Assembly (NCBI GenBank): GCA_951406725.2
Contig: OX597830.1
Span: forward strand, 43,090,001 to 43,154,000
DNA from: Octopus vulgaris
Taxonomy: Eukaryota
Direction: 5' to 3'
Length of the DNA: 64,000 nt
The notes under the pieces: generated by a model
Told to the model about the DNA's origin: nothing
Database searches by the model: none
Seen by the model: only the letters and a program-made list of their open reading frames with translations
Shown here: positions 24,086 through 36,399 of the stretch, piece after piece
Position numbering within the stretch: position 1 is the stretch's first letter
Layout: each line of letters begins with the position of its first letter
Translations under genes and position numbers: made by a program

Positions 24086-24342
24086 ATACTTCCAAATGAT
24101 TGATGGGCAATGGGAAGTGTTAAATGTAAATCATGTATATTCACTCTATATTTTACGTAGGTTCTCAATTATAAACAATATTTAGGAATCTCACTTTATC
24201 TTTATTTTTCTAATTCATTTTTATGTAAGAAAAATTCAAATAAAGGCATGAATCTGTCTATTTGTCTGTTTGCTTACTTGGCTGCAACACAAACTTATAT
24301 ACACATTCATGTACAAACACCAATACACACACACACGTTTGT

Positions 24343-24383
<41 letters not shown>

Positions 24384-25489
24384 GTGCATGCACACACACA
24401 TGAATATACGTTTATATGTATCTTTTATTTGTTTCAGTCATTAAACTGGGACACCACATTGAAGAATCTTAGTAAAACGAATCAGTTCCAGTACTTATTT
24501 CTTTATCTTTAAGCATGCTACTTATTCATTTGGCTTTTTTTTTTTTTTTGCTGATATCTATGTTTGTATGATGGTCTATCACTTGCTTCTATTATATATT
24601 CCTTTTGGTCCATCAATGAACATGAAACATTATACCAATGATATATACATATTTATATATATCTCATTACGTTTATGAAATAGTTTTGCCACATTCCTCA
24701 TGTGAAATCTTGCGTTGAAACAGATATTGTTATATTTCGGGCCGATCATTTTATTTTCTTGTCAAATAAACACACGCACTATATATTCATTCTTTCCTTG
24801 TTTATTATTGTGTGGAAATCTTTTGTCACACATCCTGTGATCTCTTCAACAACTGTCCACCCCATATGTCTCCTCTACAATAATTTTTTTTTTCCACCAG
24901 GCACACACCAAGCTGCTTTTGTCTGTAGTATTCTACAGCCAAAGAAGAAATTGCCAAAAAAAAATGTAATCTCCACTCTGGTTCAATGTACTCAGATTGT
25001 TCAAGAAGATCTCTTTGAATTCAATAGCGTTCACATATTTGTTTCTGATCCCATCCTCTGCTAGAGTTTCCCATTTTATTCTGTAAGTTGCACTGGACCC
25101 ACTGGTTTTCTGAGTTCTCCCTGTTGTCGATAGTCTCACGTGGATAATTAGCAGTGGTCAGTTGATCTTTAACACGAACATCCATCATAGTATCAAAGAG
25201 GGTTTTGTAGGAGTTTTGGATAAAGAGCAACGTGACTTTGGCAGGGATGCATATTATAACCTCTCCTTTTTGTAATTTTAATGAGCTGCATTGATATGCA
25301 CTGCCATTGTGGAAGTGGATATAGGATAAGTCAGTTGATAATTGCTGACAGGAGGTGATACTTCGCTCATCAGATGTTCATAAGCATGCACTGCCAAGTG
25401 TTGCAAGGAAGGGCAGAGGATTAGTATTGCAAAGACTGAGACATTGATCTTCCAAAGAGAGTTCTCCCAGTGCACTCTGCATGTTAATG

Positions 25490-25680
25490 GAACATTACTG
25501 TAACAAGTGAAGAAATTTACATATCTTGAGACTGTATTCATGAGGGTGGAAAACAGGAGACTAATTTGAATGCTAGAATTGCAGATGCTGGTACAGTAAT
25601 GTGTCAGATCCAGAATTCGATCCTCAGAAGAGAAGTTGGAAAAAAGCCTCTAGATATTCAAACTCTATCTGTGAAATTAT
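25490..25680 (+). mobile_element. Old RTE-like LINE fragment
   Basis: QVKKFTYLETVF...LNARIADAGTVM resembles the post-RT V..FxYLG and RI..A motifs. Confidence 0.5.
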
Positions 25681-26893
25681 CAGTTCACGATAATGAGTAA
25701 ACCACACAGTTGAGCCATGTGCATTTCATACGAACACCCTATTTATCAACCAATCAATTTGCAGCAGATTGCACCACCAGATGGGACATTATCTGAAGTG
25801 TCCTTTAGACTAGTTAAGCAATTTAGGCCAAAAACAAATGGGGTTCTGGTGGCTTTCGAACGGAATATCTCGGATCTCACCAAGCCAATCAGGGAAAAGA
25901 CTTCAACAAGTTTCAGTAGTCTCTTATCTTCTAGATAACTAATAGTCAAACAGATACAGTTAAGTCAATCCCTACATCCTAGTCTCTCCACCAGTGAGGA
26001 TTTGATGATATATGTATGTATTCATGCTTAGCTTTCCCTCAATAAAATCTGTTGTTACATGTTCATGAGTTTTGCTTTCACACCACGATTGGTACAGCTA
26101 CAACACTATCTCACGACAATGGTAAACCCGAGATCAAGAAAAATCCTGTGGTAATTAAACTAATGTTCGTAAATCTCACAAATGATAATTTGAATTCTCT
26201 AGACTTAAGGTTTTTCATTTCTGATCATTACTAAAACCAATTGACTGTCATTCAATGTCTGGTGAAATAAAAGGTTATTTTTTTTGTCAAGTTAACCAAG
26301 TTTTTTACAAGAGAGAGTGATACACATTAGTACAGAATTTTCATCATCATATTTTTATCAGTCTCAGGGAAATAAACCTTCCAACGTAACAATGGATATG
26401 AAATGGATGCAAACAAACACCACGTTACAGTGAGAATAGACTAAACATCAAAAGGGTAAAAAGCTGCCAACATGATCTTTACTTCTTACACCCTCATCAT
26501 TTTGGTCTGCAATGTTGATATACTGATAGCATTGAGACCAACGCTTTCCACTCACTAAAGTTTTAGTCCATGTAAAATAGCAGCCAAAACCAAAATTTCA
26601 TTACTGATGAGTGTTTCGTCTAACTTCAAATGCAAGATTCCCAAACGAATTTTATCTAGATCCTTTGAGAGTCGTTGCAGCAACAACCGGTATTTAATCT
26701 ACTCATACCATTTTGGCTTGAATGATTCAAAATAATTTGTCCTTAAACATAGCAAGTTTACATGGCTTGAAAGTTTCTTCTGGAAATTGCAGCACCCCAG
26801 CTAAATAAAACATGAAAATCAAACTTAGAATTTCATCGAGTAATATATACCTCTATACTAATCATACAAATTAGGATATATATATATATATAT

Positions 26894-29543
26894 AAGAAAT
26901 TAAAAGAGGAAAATACGCACACTTACATAGTTTTAATATAATTTTTAATATATCGACCAGTTTCGCTGTCGCTATTCATAATATTGTTTTACTTATTTGA
27001 ATATGTATTTTTTCTTAAGAAGAAATTTTGTCCCAAGTTGTGTGTGATGAAATTCACGAGTGAATGACTCCACAAGTAGATAAATAAAGGGAGGTAATTG
27101 GTCATCGTTATTATTGTTATTGTTGTGGGTAAGGGAGATAACTGTTCAGCTTTTGGTAATAGGAGTGGGGATATATATGTACAGACAAAGACAAGTTTCG
27201 AAAACCTTGTTTGGTGAGGGGATTTATGTACAGTGATGTAATCGTGAATTGGAATATGTAAAAAGTTAAAAGTTGGTTATGTGTGCATATTAAGATGTAT
27301 TCTATATTTTTCAATGCAAAAAGTTTCTTTATTTAAACGTTCTTGTGGAGAAATTGTATCTTTGCACTGGTAGAAGGGGAAGACTGTGAAATTTGGTTTG
27401 ATGTTATCTGCACATTTTTCTATATGTTCAGTGAGAGGAATTTCCCTGTATTGTGGGAAACTGATTTGCTCTTTATGTAGAGTAGTTCTCTTTCTCAAAG
27501 CCATACTCGTTTGTCCAATATAGTTGTGTTCGCAACCCGAGCAGGTTATTACATAAATTAGGTTCTCAGAGGCACAAGTGAAACTAGTTTTAATTGTGAA
27601 CCTCTGTCGTTGTTTGAAAAGGAAATCCGAGCCTTTAAGTACATTGGAGCAGGTTCCACAGTTTGGGTGTCCACATTTTTCAACCGTTGCTTTCGTGGTT
27701 GTTTTGTAAAGCTTCGCATTTGTTCGTAGTCTCTTTAACGATTTGTCTTGTTTTTTGCATTTGATGAGTTTGTGTGTTTTCAGGATGTTGTTCATTTTTG
27801 GATCTCTAGTTAGTAAAGGAAGAGTTTGCACAATAGTGTTGAATGCCTCACTGTTTCTGGGTTGTGTGTTGATATAAATAGTAATGTTTTGAGTAGAGGT
27901 GTGGTGTTATGTTTTGTTGTTCTTAGAGTTTTTGTGTCTAATTGTTTGGCACGTTTAATTCCTTCGTCGATAAGTGAGGGTGTGTATTGTCTTTCAGTAA
28001 GCGTTGTTTTGAGGTCTTGAAGACGAAAGTCCCGAGTCGTTCTATCAGACACTATTGTGCAAATCCTTTTTGCCAAATTGAAAGGGGTATTTATTTTGAT
28101 GTGTTTCGGGTGGCATGAGTTAAAGAGAAGATATTGTTTTGAATCAGTTGGTTTATAAATAAATGTCAGTTATGATTTCATTGTTAACTTTTTTATCATG
28201 ATGTCTAAAAATGGGAGTTGTTCTTTGTTGTATTCCATTGTGAATTGAATGTTACTATTTATATCATTTGGTGTTGATTTGAAGTCCAAGAGTTTGTCGA
28301 TATTCTCCTTCCAAATGACAAAGCAGTCATCTAGGTATCTCTTCCAATTTTCTCTTATGTAGAGGTAAAATGGATAACCATATTTCTGAAGTGAAACTTC
28401 ATATAAGGTGAATCCAAAATAACCCATTATCAGGTTCGCAATTACGGGAGCTGCTTTCGTTCCCATCGCAAATCCGTATTTCTGACGATAGTATGTGTCA
28501 TCAAATAGGAAATAATTGTTCTGAAGTATAAATCTGGTTTATGCATTCCGGGAGTACTTCGGGGTACTTTTCCAACATGAATTTAATTGCTTTTATTCCT
28601 TACTCATGGGGGATGTTGGTGTAAAGATTGATAACATCGAGGGTAACCAATATTGCCTCTTCATTAATTGTTTTTGGTAGGTGTTCTAGCATGTCTAAAT
28701 TATCTCTAATGAAACTTTTGATGTATTTAAGCAAGGGTTTCAGTAGAATGTCTAGAAAATTGCTTAGGCGGTGGGTTTCACAGGCTGGCCCAGCTACAAT
28801 GGGTCTTAAAGTTAAGTCTTCTGGCGTATGGATATTTATAAATTTGCCTGGTGATTGTTTGCAGGCTTCATTGATTATCTTGCTCTTGTGTATTTTAGGA
28901 AGGCCATAAAAAAGACTGGGTTTACATTTGAAGTTCGTGATGTTTCTTTTTCTGTCAGGCCTTTTCCATGTAGAAGAATTAAGGATGCAAGATTTTTCAT
29001 TGTTTTTTGTTGTTTATAGTTTATAACTTTTTCGTAGAAGGCCTCATTTTCTAGTATGAATAGTACTAGTTTTTTATAGTGTTCTGTGTCCATCAGAACT
29101 ACAGCACTTCCTTTGTTTGCTTCTTTAATTGTCAGGTCTTTGTCGTTTTGTAGTTCAGTTAGATTTTTCCATTCTAGATTGTTGAGGTTCGGATTAATTT
29201 TTCGTTTATTGGATGTGTGGGGGAAATTTTGGATATGGTTGCAGACGTCATCCAGTGTTTTATTCCTACCCTTATGTGGAAGGTAATTACTTCTGTTTTT
29301 GACTAGTGATTCATCTTCGTTGTCGTAGTCAGTTAGTGCTTCTGCGAGTCGTAGTTTTCTGCAGAATTCCGAGATATTGTCTTTAATTTCATTATGGTTA
29401 GCTGTTGGTGGGGTTGGAGTGAATTTTAAACCTTTTGCATAGTATATTGATTTTTGTTATAGACAGAGTTTTCCTTGATAAGTTAATCACTTTGGGTTTC
29501 TCCTGTACGTTTTGTTCCAACATGTGTCCCTATTTCTCTCCTT

Positions 29544-29546
<3 letters not shown>
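26894..29546 (-). mobile_element. Penelope-like element (RT and GIY-YIG endonuclease), frameshifted
   Basis: [52 protein letters not shown] and ENLIYVITCSGCEHNYIGQT (GIY-YIG); bounded by (TA)n tracts at both ends. Confidence 0.93.
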
Positions 29547-29616
<70 letters not shown>

Positions 29617-29704
29617 CATATATATATATATGTATATACACACTTGTATATATATATATATATATATATACATACATATATATATATATGTATATACACA
29701 CTTG

Positions 29705-29738
<34 letters not shown>

Positions 29739-30121
29739 CACACACACATACATACATGCACGTATGGATGGATGGATTCGAAACACGTGTCTGCTAGCGA
29801 CAGCTGATGAAGGGGATTTTTCCTTGTGCAGCATGTCCTGTACTTCGTTTTTCTGCTGCACATAATTGTTTTTCCCGTTTTCGTTTTCGTTTCGTCTTGT
29901 TCCACGTCTCTGTCCTTCTGTTGTAACAAAATGTCGTTTCCGTTTTCGTTCTGTTGATTTTTTCGTCTTCCTGTGATGTCCTGAACGTATATATATTTAT
30001 ATATGCATGCATATATACATGTAGATGTCGGTACGTACATATATGTTTGTATGTATGCATATATTTTATTTATTACACTATATGTATATATATATACACA
30101 TATAAATATATATGTATATAT

Positions 30122-30155
<34 letters not shown>

Positions 30156-30201
30156 GTATATATACACACACATACATACATACATGCATGTATGGATGGA
30201 T

Positions 30202-30244
<43 letters not shown>

Positions 30245-30248
30245 CACT

Positions 30249-30292
<44 letters not shown>

Positions 30293-30348
30293 CATACATA
30301 CATACATGCATGTATGTGTGTATGGATGGATATATATATATATATATA
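29547..30348. repeat. Compound (TA)/(TACA)/(TGGA) microsatellite enclosing a ~210-bp dispersed repeat (29778-29990)
   Basis: Seen directly; the enclosed unit resembles 32655-32835. Confidence 0.85.
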
Positions 30349-31968
30349 TAGTTGCGGCCAAAATGTTCAGAACGGCATTGTTTTCGTCAGAAAAGTAAGT
30401 ATAAGTTTTTATCAAAGTAGTTTTATATTCTATAATTTTCACAGACAATAAATACAATATTAATTGTTATTGTCTGAGATTTTGGTGTACAATAATACAA
30501 AAATTATGGATGATTTAGTGATTTACTGAAAAACCCATGGCGGCCAAAATGATCAGAACGGTTGAAAAAATAACAAAATAATCAAAAATGACAGAGAATA
30601 CTGGAATTATTTAATATTTAGTGTGAAGCCCTTTAGCTTCAATCACAATCTGACATCTTCGACTGCGTGAGGAAATTAAATTTTCAATTTCTTGCTGGGT
30701 GATCTTATTCCATTCTTCCTGAAGGGCATTCCATAATTGCTCAGTTGTTTTAGGATTTCTGGCTTTCGAACGTTCTCCTAGAATATTCCATACATTTTCA
30801 ATAGGATTGAGATCTGGGCTTTGAGCAGGCCAATCCATAACAGTAACCTTTTCAGCCTTGAGGAAGTTCATGACCACCTTAGCCTTGTGACATGGGGCAT
30901 TGTCCTGCATGAATATGGGTGGTCGCTTAGTTGAATTTCTCAGCACAGGCAAGACATGATCTTTTACAAGTTGTTTATACACTCCTGCATTTACATTTAC
31001 ATGTAATCGCACCAAAGGGCCCACACCATCTCCAGATATCATCCCCCAAACCATGACACTTCCTCCACCGAATTTAACACTAGTCTTAAGGCATTTAGGC
31101 GACAATTTTTCACCTACTTTTCTACGAACGTACCTTTTCCCATCTGAGCCAAATAACATAAACTTAGATTCATCACTGAAATGCACCGTTTGCCATTTTT
31201 CTTGAGACCACAACACATGTTCGGTTGCAAAGGTAAGACGACACTTTTTATTCTTGGAGCTGATCAGTGGCTTCACTGTAGGTGCTCTTGCTTGTAGGTC
31301 ATGTTCAACTAAACGACGAGACACAATTTTTCGAGATAAAGTTTTCTTCAATACAATGCTCATTTTCCGAGAAACACCAGCAGCAGTTTTAAATCTGTCC
31401 TTTTTAACCAACTTTACCATAGTACGATCTTCTCTCTTGGTCGTTTTTCTTGGCCTACCTGTAAACTTTCTTGCTTCACACGAACCACAATCATCGTAGA
31501 CCTTAAGAATACCGTGTACAACACTTTCTGACTTGTTAACAATCTTTGCAATAGATCCAATACTTAAATTATCCTTCCTTCGAAGCTTAATAATCTGCTG
31601 ACGAATTGGTAACGGATTAAGAGGCATTATATTAACAAAGTACACTGCAAATATTCTTACTAATGTTTAGTAAACAAACCGTCACGTAAACAAATTCAAA
31701 ACATTAGAGATTGCCGGTTAAATATACTAAAACACGGAGTAAAAGCAACCGTTCTGATCATTTTGGCCGCCATGGGTTTTGCAGTAAATCACTAAATCAT
31801 CCATAACTTTGTATTATCCTCTCAAATTACACCAAAATCTCAGGCAGTAACAAATTATATCGTATTTATTGTCTGTGAAACTTTTAGAATATAAAACAAC
31901 TTTGATAAAAACTTATACCTACTTTTCTGACGAAAACAATGCCGTTCTGAACACTTTGGCCGCAACTG
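30349..31968 (-). mobile_element. Full-length Tc1-family DNA transposon, IR/DR type
   Basis: ~215-220-bp TIRs (30349-30564 and 31746-31968), each with two copies of gcggccaaa(a/g)tg(t/a)tcagaacgg; TA flanks; single transposase ORF. Confidence 0.96.
30611..31627 (-). CDS. Tc1 transposase (DD34E), 338 aa from ATG at 31627
   Basis: HTH N-terminus, GRPRK, FSDESKF, FMQDNAPCH and WPAQSPDLNPIE (34 residues between the second D and E), C-terminal KGLHTKY; no internal stop. Confidence 0.95.
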   Translation of the reverse strand: MPLNPLPIRQQIIKLRRKDNLSIGSIAKIVNKSESVVHGILKVYDDCGSCEARKFTGRPRKTTKREDRTMVKLVKKDRFKTAAGVSRKMSIVLKKTLSRKIVSRRLVEHDLQARAPTVKPLISSKNKKCRLTFATEHVLWSQEKWQTVHFSDESKFMLFGSDGKRYVRRKVGEKLSPKCLKTSVKFGGGSVMVWGMISGDGVGPLVRLHVNVNAGVYKQLVKDHVLPVLRNSTKRPPIFMQDNAPCHKAKVVMNFLKAEKVTVMDWPAQSPDLNPIENVWNILGERSKARNPKTTEQLWNALQEEWNKITQQEIENLISSRSRRCQIVIEAKGLHTKY

Positions 31969-31994
31969 TATATATACATATATATATAAAGTAG

Positions 31995-32119
31995 CTTCTA
32001 TTCTTCTTCTTCTTCTTCTTCTTCTTCTTCTTCTTCTTCTTTCTTCTTCTTCTTCTTCTTCTTCTTCTTCTTCTTCTTCTTCTTCTTCTTCTTCTTCTTC
32101 TTCTTCTTCTTCTTTCTTC
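31995..32119. repeat. (TTC)n microsatellite
   Basis: About 40 units with two slips. Confidence 0.95.
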
Positions 32120-32379
32120 TCCGCCAAGAATTCACAACGACCTCGAACCCACAAGAGTCAACAAACGATACAGAGACAGGCAGAAACACGGAAAATGTCC
32201 ATTGTATTTGAATACTATGCAAATATTCTTTTAAAAGATTTTCATTTAATTGTTTTCCATACTTACAGTTGAAAAAGTCACAATGACCGGAACCGGTACT
32301 GAAATATTTTTTATAAAATTATTTTAACAATTTCTACGTGTGTGTGTCTGTGTGTGTGTATTATATATTTATATATATA

Positions 32380-32527
32380 TTAAAGAAATGATTTTTAGAT
32401 TCTCAAACGCAGGATAGTTCTAATAATATAGCCTGAACAGGATCTGCAAATTAGGAATAATTTATCCTATTCAGGCTATATTATTAGCATTATCCTGCGT
32501 TTGAGAATTTAAAAATCACTTCTTTAA
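32380..32527. mobile_element. Foldback MITE-like palindrome bounded by TTAA
   Basis: ~63-bp inverted arms ttaaagaaatgatttttagattctcaaacgcaggata... / ...tatcctgcgtttgagaatttaaaaatcacttctttaa. Confidence 0.75.
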
Positions 32528-32593
32528 CATTCTAAGACATCTCAACGCTTCTAAAGCAAACTTCATTTGTTTGTTTAATTTCATCGTAATTTA

Positions 32594-32650
<57 letters not shown>

Positions 32651-32996
32651 TACGTTCGAAACGCGGAGTAGATAAAACAGTGGACAACTGATGAAGGGAG
32701 TGTTCTTTATGTTGCCTATCTCGTTTCTCTATTTGTTTCTTTCGTTGTTTGAAAAAAAGTTCGTTTTCTATGTTTTTGTTTTTTATGTCCTCGTTTCTCA
32801 TTTTGCCTACGTTTTTTTTTATGTCCTGTACCCATATATGTATGTATACATATATATATAGGTGTGTACATATATGTATGTATATGTACATATGTATGTA
32901 GGTACGTGCATATATGCATGTATATATGCATATATTTTTCATTTTTGGATTTGGTTTACAAGATTCTTTATGTGAGTTTGTGTATTGAAGCATATT

Positions 32997-33202
32997 CAGT
33001 TGTGTCTGGAGAAAGTCATTCTCTTTTAGTGCCTTGTAATTTAACACTCACCGGTAAAATTTCCATTTATTTCCTTTTTATTTTTCTTGCAAGACGCAAA
33101 GAAAATTTTAGAAAATCAAAAAAGAAATAAGTGGAAATTTTAACGGTGAGTGTGTTAAATTCTAAGGCACTAAAAGATAATGACTCTCCCCAGACACAAC
33201 AG
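32997..33202. mobile_element. MITE with ~80-bp TIRs
   Basis: gttgtgtctggagaaagtcatt...aaaatttcca mirrors tggaaatttt...aatgactctccccagacacaac. Confidence 0.8.
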
Positions 33203-33264
33203 TATATGTGTGTGTGTGTGTTTGTGCGTGTGTGTGCGTAGTATATGTATTTAAGTCACAAAAT

Positions 33265-33593
33265 CGTTTAACGTCCGTTTTCCATGCTGGCAAGGGTTAG
33301 ACGGTTCGACTGGGGTCTGGGGAGCCAGGAGGCTGCACCAGGCTCCAATCTGACCAGGCAGTATTTCTACAGCTAGATGCCCTTCCTAACGCCAACCACT
33401 CCGAGAGTGTAGTGGGTGTTTTTTACTTTCCTCCAGCACAGGGGCCAGAGGAGCTGGCATCGACCATGATTGGATGGTACTTTATATGTACCACTGGCAC
33501 GGGAGCCAGTCAAGGTATCAGCCACAATAATGGATGGTACTTTATATGTACCACTGGCACGGGAGCCAGTCAAGGTATCAGCCACAATAATGG
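33265..33593 (-). mobile_element. RTE-type 3'-end repeat with an exact 60-bp internal tandem duplication (33471-33593)
   Basis: Reverse copy of 500-823; the unit tggatggtactttatatgtaccactggcacgggagccagtcaaggtatcagccacaataa occurs twice. Confidence 0.85.
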
Positions 33594-34290
33594 TTCAGAA
33601 GTTACCTTTTGTAATGGTATGATTTAGGCGTTGGTAGCCAGTTGTAATGGGTGTAGATGTTGCAGGTGTGCAAGATGACAGAAGAACAGTGATCAGTGAT
33701 GTTGAGTCCAATTTTATCATTTACCGTTACTTAACAAAATGCCATGCCTCGACAGGCAGGGGTGTGTAACAATGTGGAAAAGTTTCTTTATTTTTTCCGT
33801 TTTTTTCCTTCTTTTCCATTCAGACTGGCTACACTAGTGCGGCCCCATTCACTCTCAACTCCCTTATGACATTTGTCCATCTTTTCTCAAACGTTCTTTG
33901 AGGTAGGCACCTTTTCCCCAGACTGATGTTTCTGGACAGGTGGTAGTTAAGAAAACTAACCAACCCGTGTCCAGAGATAAAGTTGCCTGTCTCAATTCCT
34001 CTTCTACGCGGCACCCATTCTGTCTCTTTCAATACTGAAGGCTGCAAGAAGCAAGGAAAACAATGGATATTTTGTGAAGTCCATTGTTATCTCAGTTCAC
34101 TTCTCTACTGTAGACAAGAGGTTAGAAGGGTCAAGTTGCTAAGATATAAATTGGCTTAGTAAAGCCATATGTTAAATGTAACTGCTGTTACTATTGTTTC
34201 TCTGTGAGAAAAGTGCTGTTGAAATATTATGAGGAATTTGCTGATTCAGGTTTGAATCTACTCTATGCCTCACTACATATATAATATGAC

Positions 34291-34398
34291 ATGCATGCAT
34301 GCATGCATGCATGCATGCATGCATGCATGTATGTATGTATGTATGTATGTATGTATGTATGTATGTATGTATGTATGTATGTGTGTGTGTGTGTGTGT

Positions 34399-34456
<58 letters not shown>

Positions 34457-34519
34457 ATGTATGTATGTATGTATGTATGTATGTATGTATGTATGTATGT
34501 ATGTATGTATGTATGTATG
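34291..34519. repeat. Compound (ATGC)(ATGT)(GT)(ATGT) microsatellite
   Basis: Seen directly. Confidence 0.95.
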
Positions 34520-35299
34520 AATGAGCTACCTCGCGTTGGTCACCAGAGTGATATTTGATCACTTTATAGAGTGTTTGAATGTCTGGAATGGAATAGCTTA
34601 CCTTATGGGCAGGTAGAAGCTCTTTAACCTTGGTAGGTAATCTACCTAGGAGAAGGAAATCTCTGAAATAAAACTTGAGGCCTTGGAAGTTCCTGGTTTT
34701 GCCAATTTTCATGTTACACTGGCGAAAGACTTCTTGGCTGGAGTAGTGCAGTGCAGGCTACACCCACTGATTATTCATCTGCATAGGTACTTCCTGTACT
34801 CCATATCTTAGTAAAATCATTGAATTGGTTGGTTGGTTTCTTCAAATGCATAACTGTAACATGGTCACTGACATGGTTCCATTGCATTTCAGGTAACTTA
34901 CCTGGCAAGTACACTGCTAGAATATACAAAAGCATTACTTTTATAGCTTTCATCCTGAGGCCGTGACCATGCTGAGGCACCTCTGTTAGTGTTTTTGCTA
35001 GTTTATATTAACTCATTTTCCCAGTGCTCTCTCTGGGTTTGGTTCTATTGAAGCAGAGTGTGGAACAAGGCTGCCTTTATCTGTGTCTCTTGTTCAATTG
35101 TGGGCACATCTGTTTCCCAGGCAAAATTTTATTTAAATGTTCTATGGACACATTTGCATCTAAATCTTGTAGACCTCTGATATTTTTTTGGCAAAGAGCA
35201 GAAAAGCTGTGGGCACTTGAATCCTAAGTTGTAACAGTATCGAGTAAGAATAGAATCTATGGCACTATGCAGTGACATCCTTCAAAATCTTCTACATAT

Positions 35300-35640
35300 A
35301 GGGTGCATGCATGGCTGTGTGATAGGAAGCTTGCTTCACAACAACATGGTTTCAAGTTCAACCCCACTGCATGGCACCTTGGGCAAGTGTCTTCTACTAC
35401 AGCTTCGGGCTGACCAAAGTCTTGTGAGTGGATTTGGTAGACGGAATCTGAAAGAAGCCCATTGCATATATATATGTATGTATATATTTGTGTTTGTATA
35501 TATCTGTGTTTGTCTCCGCTACCATTGCTTGACAACCAATGTTGGTGTGTTTACATCCCTGTAACTTAGCTGTTTGGCAAGAGACAAATAGAGTAAGTAC
35601 TTGGTTCACAGCAAATAAGTGCTGGGGTCAATTTGTTCAA
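35300..35640 (+). mobile_element. tRNA-derived SINE (ggctgtgtggtaag family)
   Basis: Shares ...gggcaagtgtcttctact...gtgagtggatttggtagacgg...aaagaagccc with copies at 58005, 60155 and 60630 (+) and 45505 (-). Confidence 0.8.
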
Positions 35641-35916
35641 CAAATAAAAGAAGAAAAGAATATATATATATATATATATATCTTTCCTGTCTAAACTGTA
35701 TGGAGTACAGCTTCAGCTCTTTTAGTCTCTCTCAGTATTTCATCTGTTGCCCCAAGACAGTTTCCATGATGTAATGGCATTGATGTGACTTGAGTTTAGT
35801 TTGACATGAAATGTTAGTTTGATGTATCAACCATAATCGAGAACAGTGATCCCAGGCAAATGAGTACAAATGTTCTCCATATGATCTAAGGGTTTTCTTT
35901 TTTCTTTGCTCTAAAA

Positions 35917-36220
35917 CATAGGTTCTCAAAGTCGGCACTACCGCCACCCCCAGTGAGCGCTGAGACAGTCCATGTGGGTGCTGGTGCCTAAGGGGGCGGT
36001 AGAGATAAAGGAGGCATTGGGAAGAAGGCAGTGGTTTGGGGGATGCTATAAATTTATTATAATATTATTATAGTATTGTATACAAATTATATAATATTGT
36101 ATTAAATATCAAATGATTCAGAATATATATATATAAATTAGAAAAATATAAAATATTTATTTATACATGAAAATAGGGGTAGGGGCACTGAGGGTGGCCC
36201 CAAAAGTTTGAGAATCTCTG
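35917..36220. mobile_element. hAT (Charlie-like) MITE
   Basis: Perfect 8-bp TSD ctctaaaa (35909-35916 and 36221-36228); TIRs cataggttctcaaa / tttgagaatctctg. Confidence 0.85.
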
Positions 36221-36399
36221 CTCTAAAAGATCACAGAATCCAACCAGCCAATCACCTGCACATTGTTGCTGATGCATCATTACTCATATAGATTTTCAGG
36301 TGCTGCATAAACAGTGTGTCTGGATGTTTGGGGTTACAATAACCTCCAATCTGGTGTATTGTGAATGCAATCTGTTTGTGAGCCAATAGTAAGGTGCTT

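Noticed and set aside
26440-26810. Possible decayed DNA-transposase fragment on the minus strand
   Set aside because: Too degenerate to assign by eye; needs a translated profile search.
29435-30457. Overlapping ORFs up to 303 aa rich in Y/I/C/V/H/T
   Set aside because: Translations of TA/CA microsatellites; the same applies to the ORFs at 34263-34712, 41167-41772, 43229-44146, 51662-52715 and 58528-59054.
31855-32222. Poly-E/K/R ORFs
   Set aside because: Translation of a (TTC)n microsatellite.
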